From: Octopus sinensis
Lineage: Eukaryota
DNA: 64,000 bases
Assembly: GCF_006345805.1 (NCBI RefSeq)
Contig: NC_043014.1
Span: 42,160,001 to 42,224,000, forward strand
Direction of reading: 5' to 3'
Shown here: piece after piece, positions 63,562 to 64,000 of the stretch
Layout: every line of letters begins with the position of its first letter
Position numbering within the stretch: the first letter of the stretch is position 1
The notes under the pieces: model-generated
The model's database searches: none
Told to the model about the DNA's origin: nothing
The model's input: only the letters and a program-made list of their open reading frames with translations
Made by a program: the position numbers and the translations under genes

Positions 63562-63621
<60 letters not shown>

Positions 63622-64000
63622 GTAGAGAGAGAGAGAGAGAGATTGCTAGATAGATGTTTATCGTCTGTTTTCCCAGCTACCATGGGGTAAACGGGTGAGG
63701 TAACTGAAGCAAGATTCTTACAGCTGAGTGCCCTGCCCGTCGTTAAACCTGTTTTTTTTTTTTTTTTTTTCTTAAGTAAAGGAAGTTTAATTCCTGAGAA
63801 ATTCAAAAGCTAAGAGGTCGTAGGACAATTTGTTTGACAGAAACTGTCAACAAACGTTCCTGGTATCATCAACTTGGGATTAAGTCATGTTGTAAGATCA
63901 AGGGAGGTAAGTTTGTAACATTTTCAGTGGGGACTCTAAAGGGCAGACAACTATCAAAACTTGGCTAGCATTTTTTAAATAAAGGTACGGCGCCTCAAAT

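Overview
Eukaryotic, repeat-saturated DNA, most likely from an octopod cephalopod. This is inferred from the tRNA-headed SINE families, microsatellite load and long introns; no database search was run. There is a ~100-N scaffold gap at ~31.6 kb. Host coding content is three phase-compatible + strand exons (40891-41055, 50988-51157, 55653-56210) encoding a retropepsin-like (clan AA, D-S-G) aspartic protease domain with an acidic/basic C-terminal tail. The main mobile element is a full-length, frameshifted L1/Tx1-clade LINE (13844-19178). It sits inside a SINE (here SINE-B) with an ~18-bp target-site duplication and shares its last ~45 nt with the tail of one SINE-B subfamily. That subfamily forms head-to-tail arrays whose junctions fall at the same internal site the LINE used, suggesting a self-targeting LINE/SINE system. 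Also present: a second decayed Tx1 3' fragment; a mariner copy split by a cryptic ~2.35-kb inversion; two copies of a Helitron; hAT, piggyBac, Tc1/mariner and unclassified MITEs; a satellite made from a hAT end; two tandem arrays made from the SINE-A 5' end; three minimal hammerhead-like motifs; many modular SINEs; and long simple repeats. SINE-A/B/C/D are my working labels. Repeat boundaries are read by eye and are approximate unless TSD or TIR coordinates are given.
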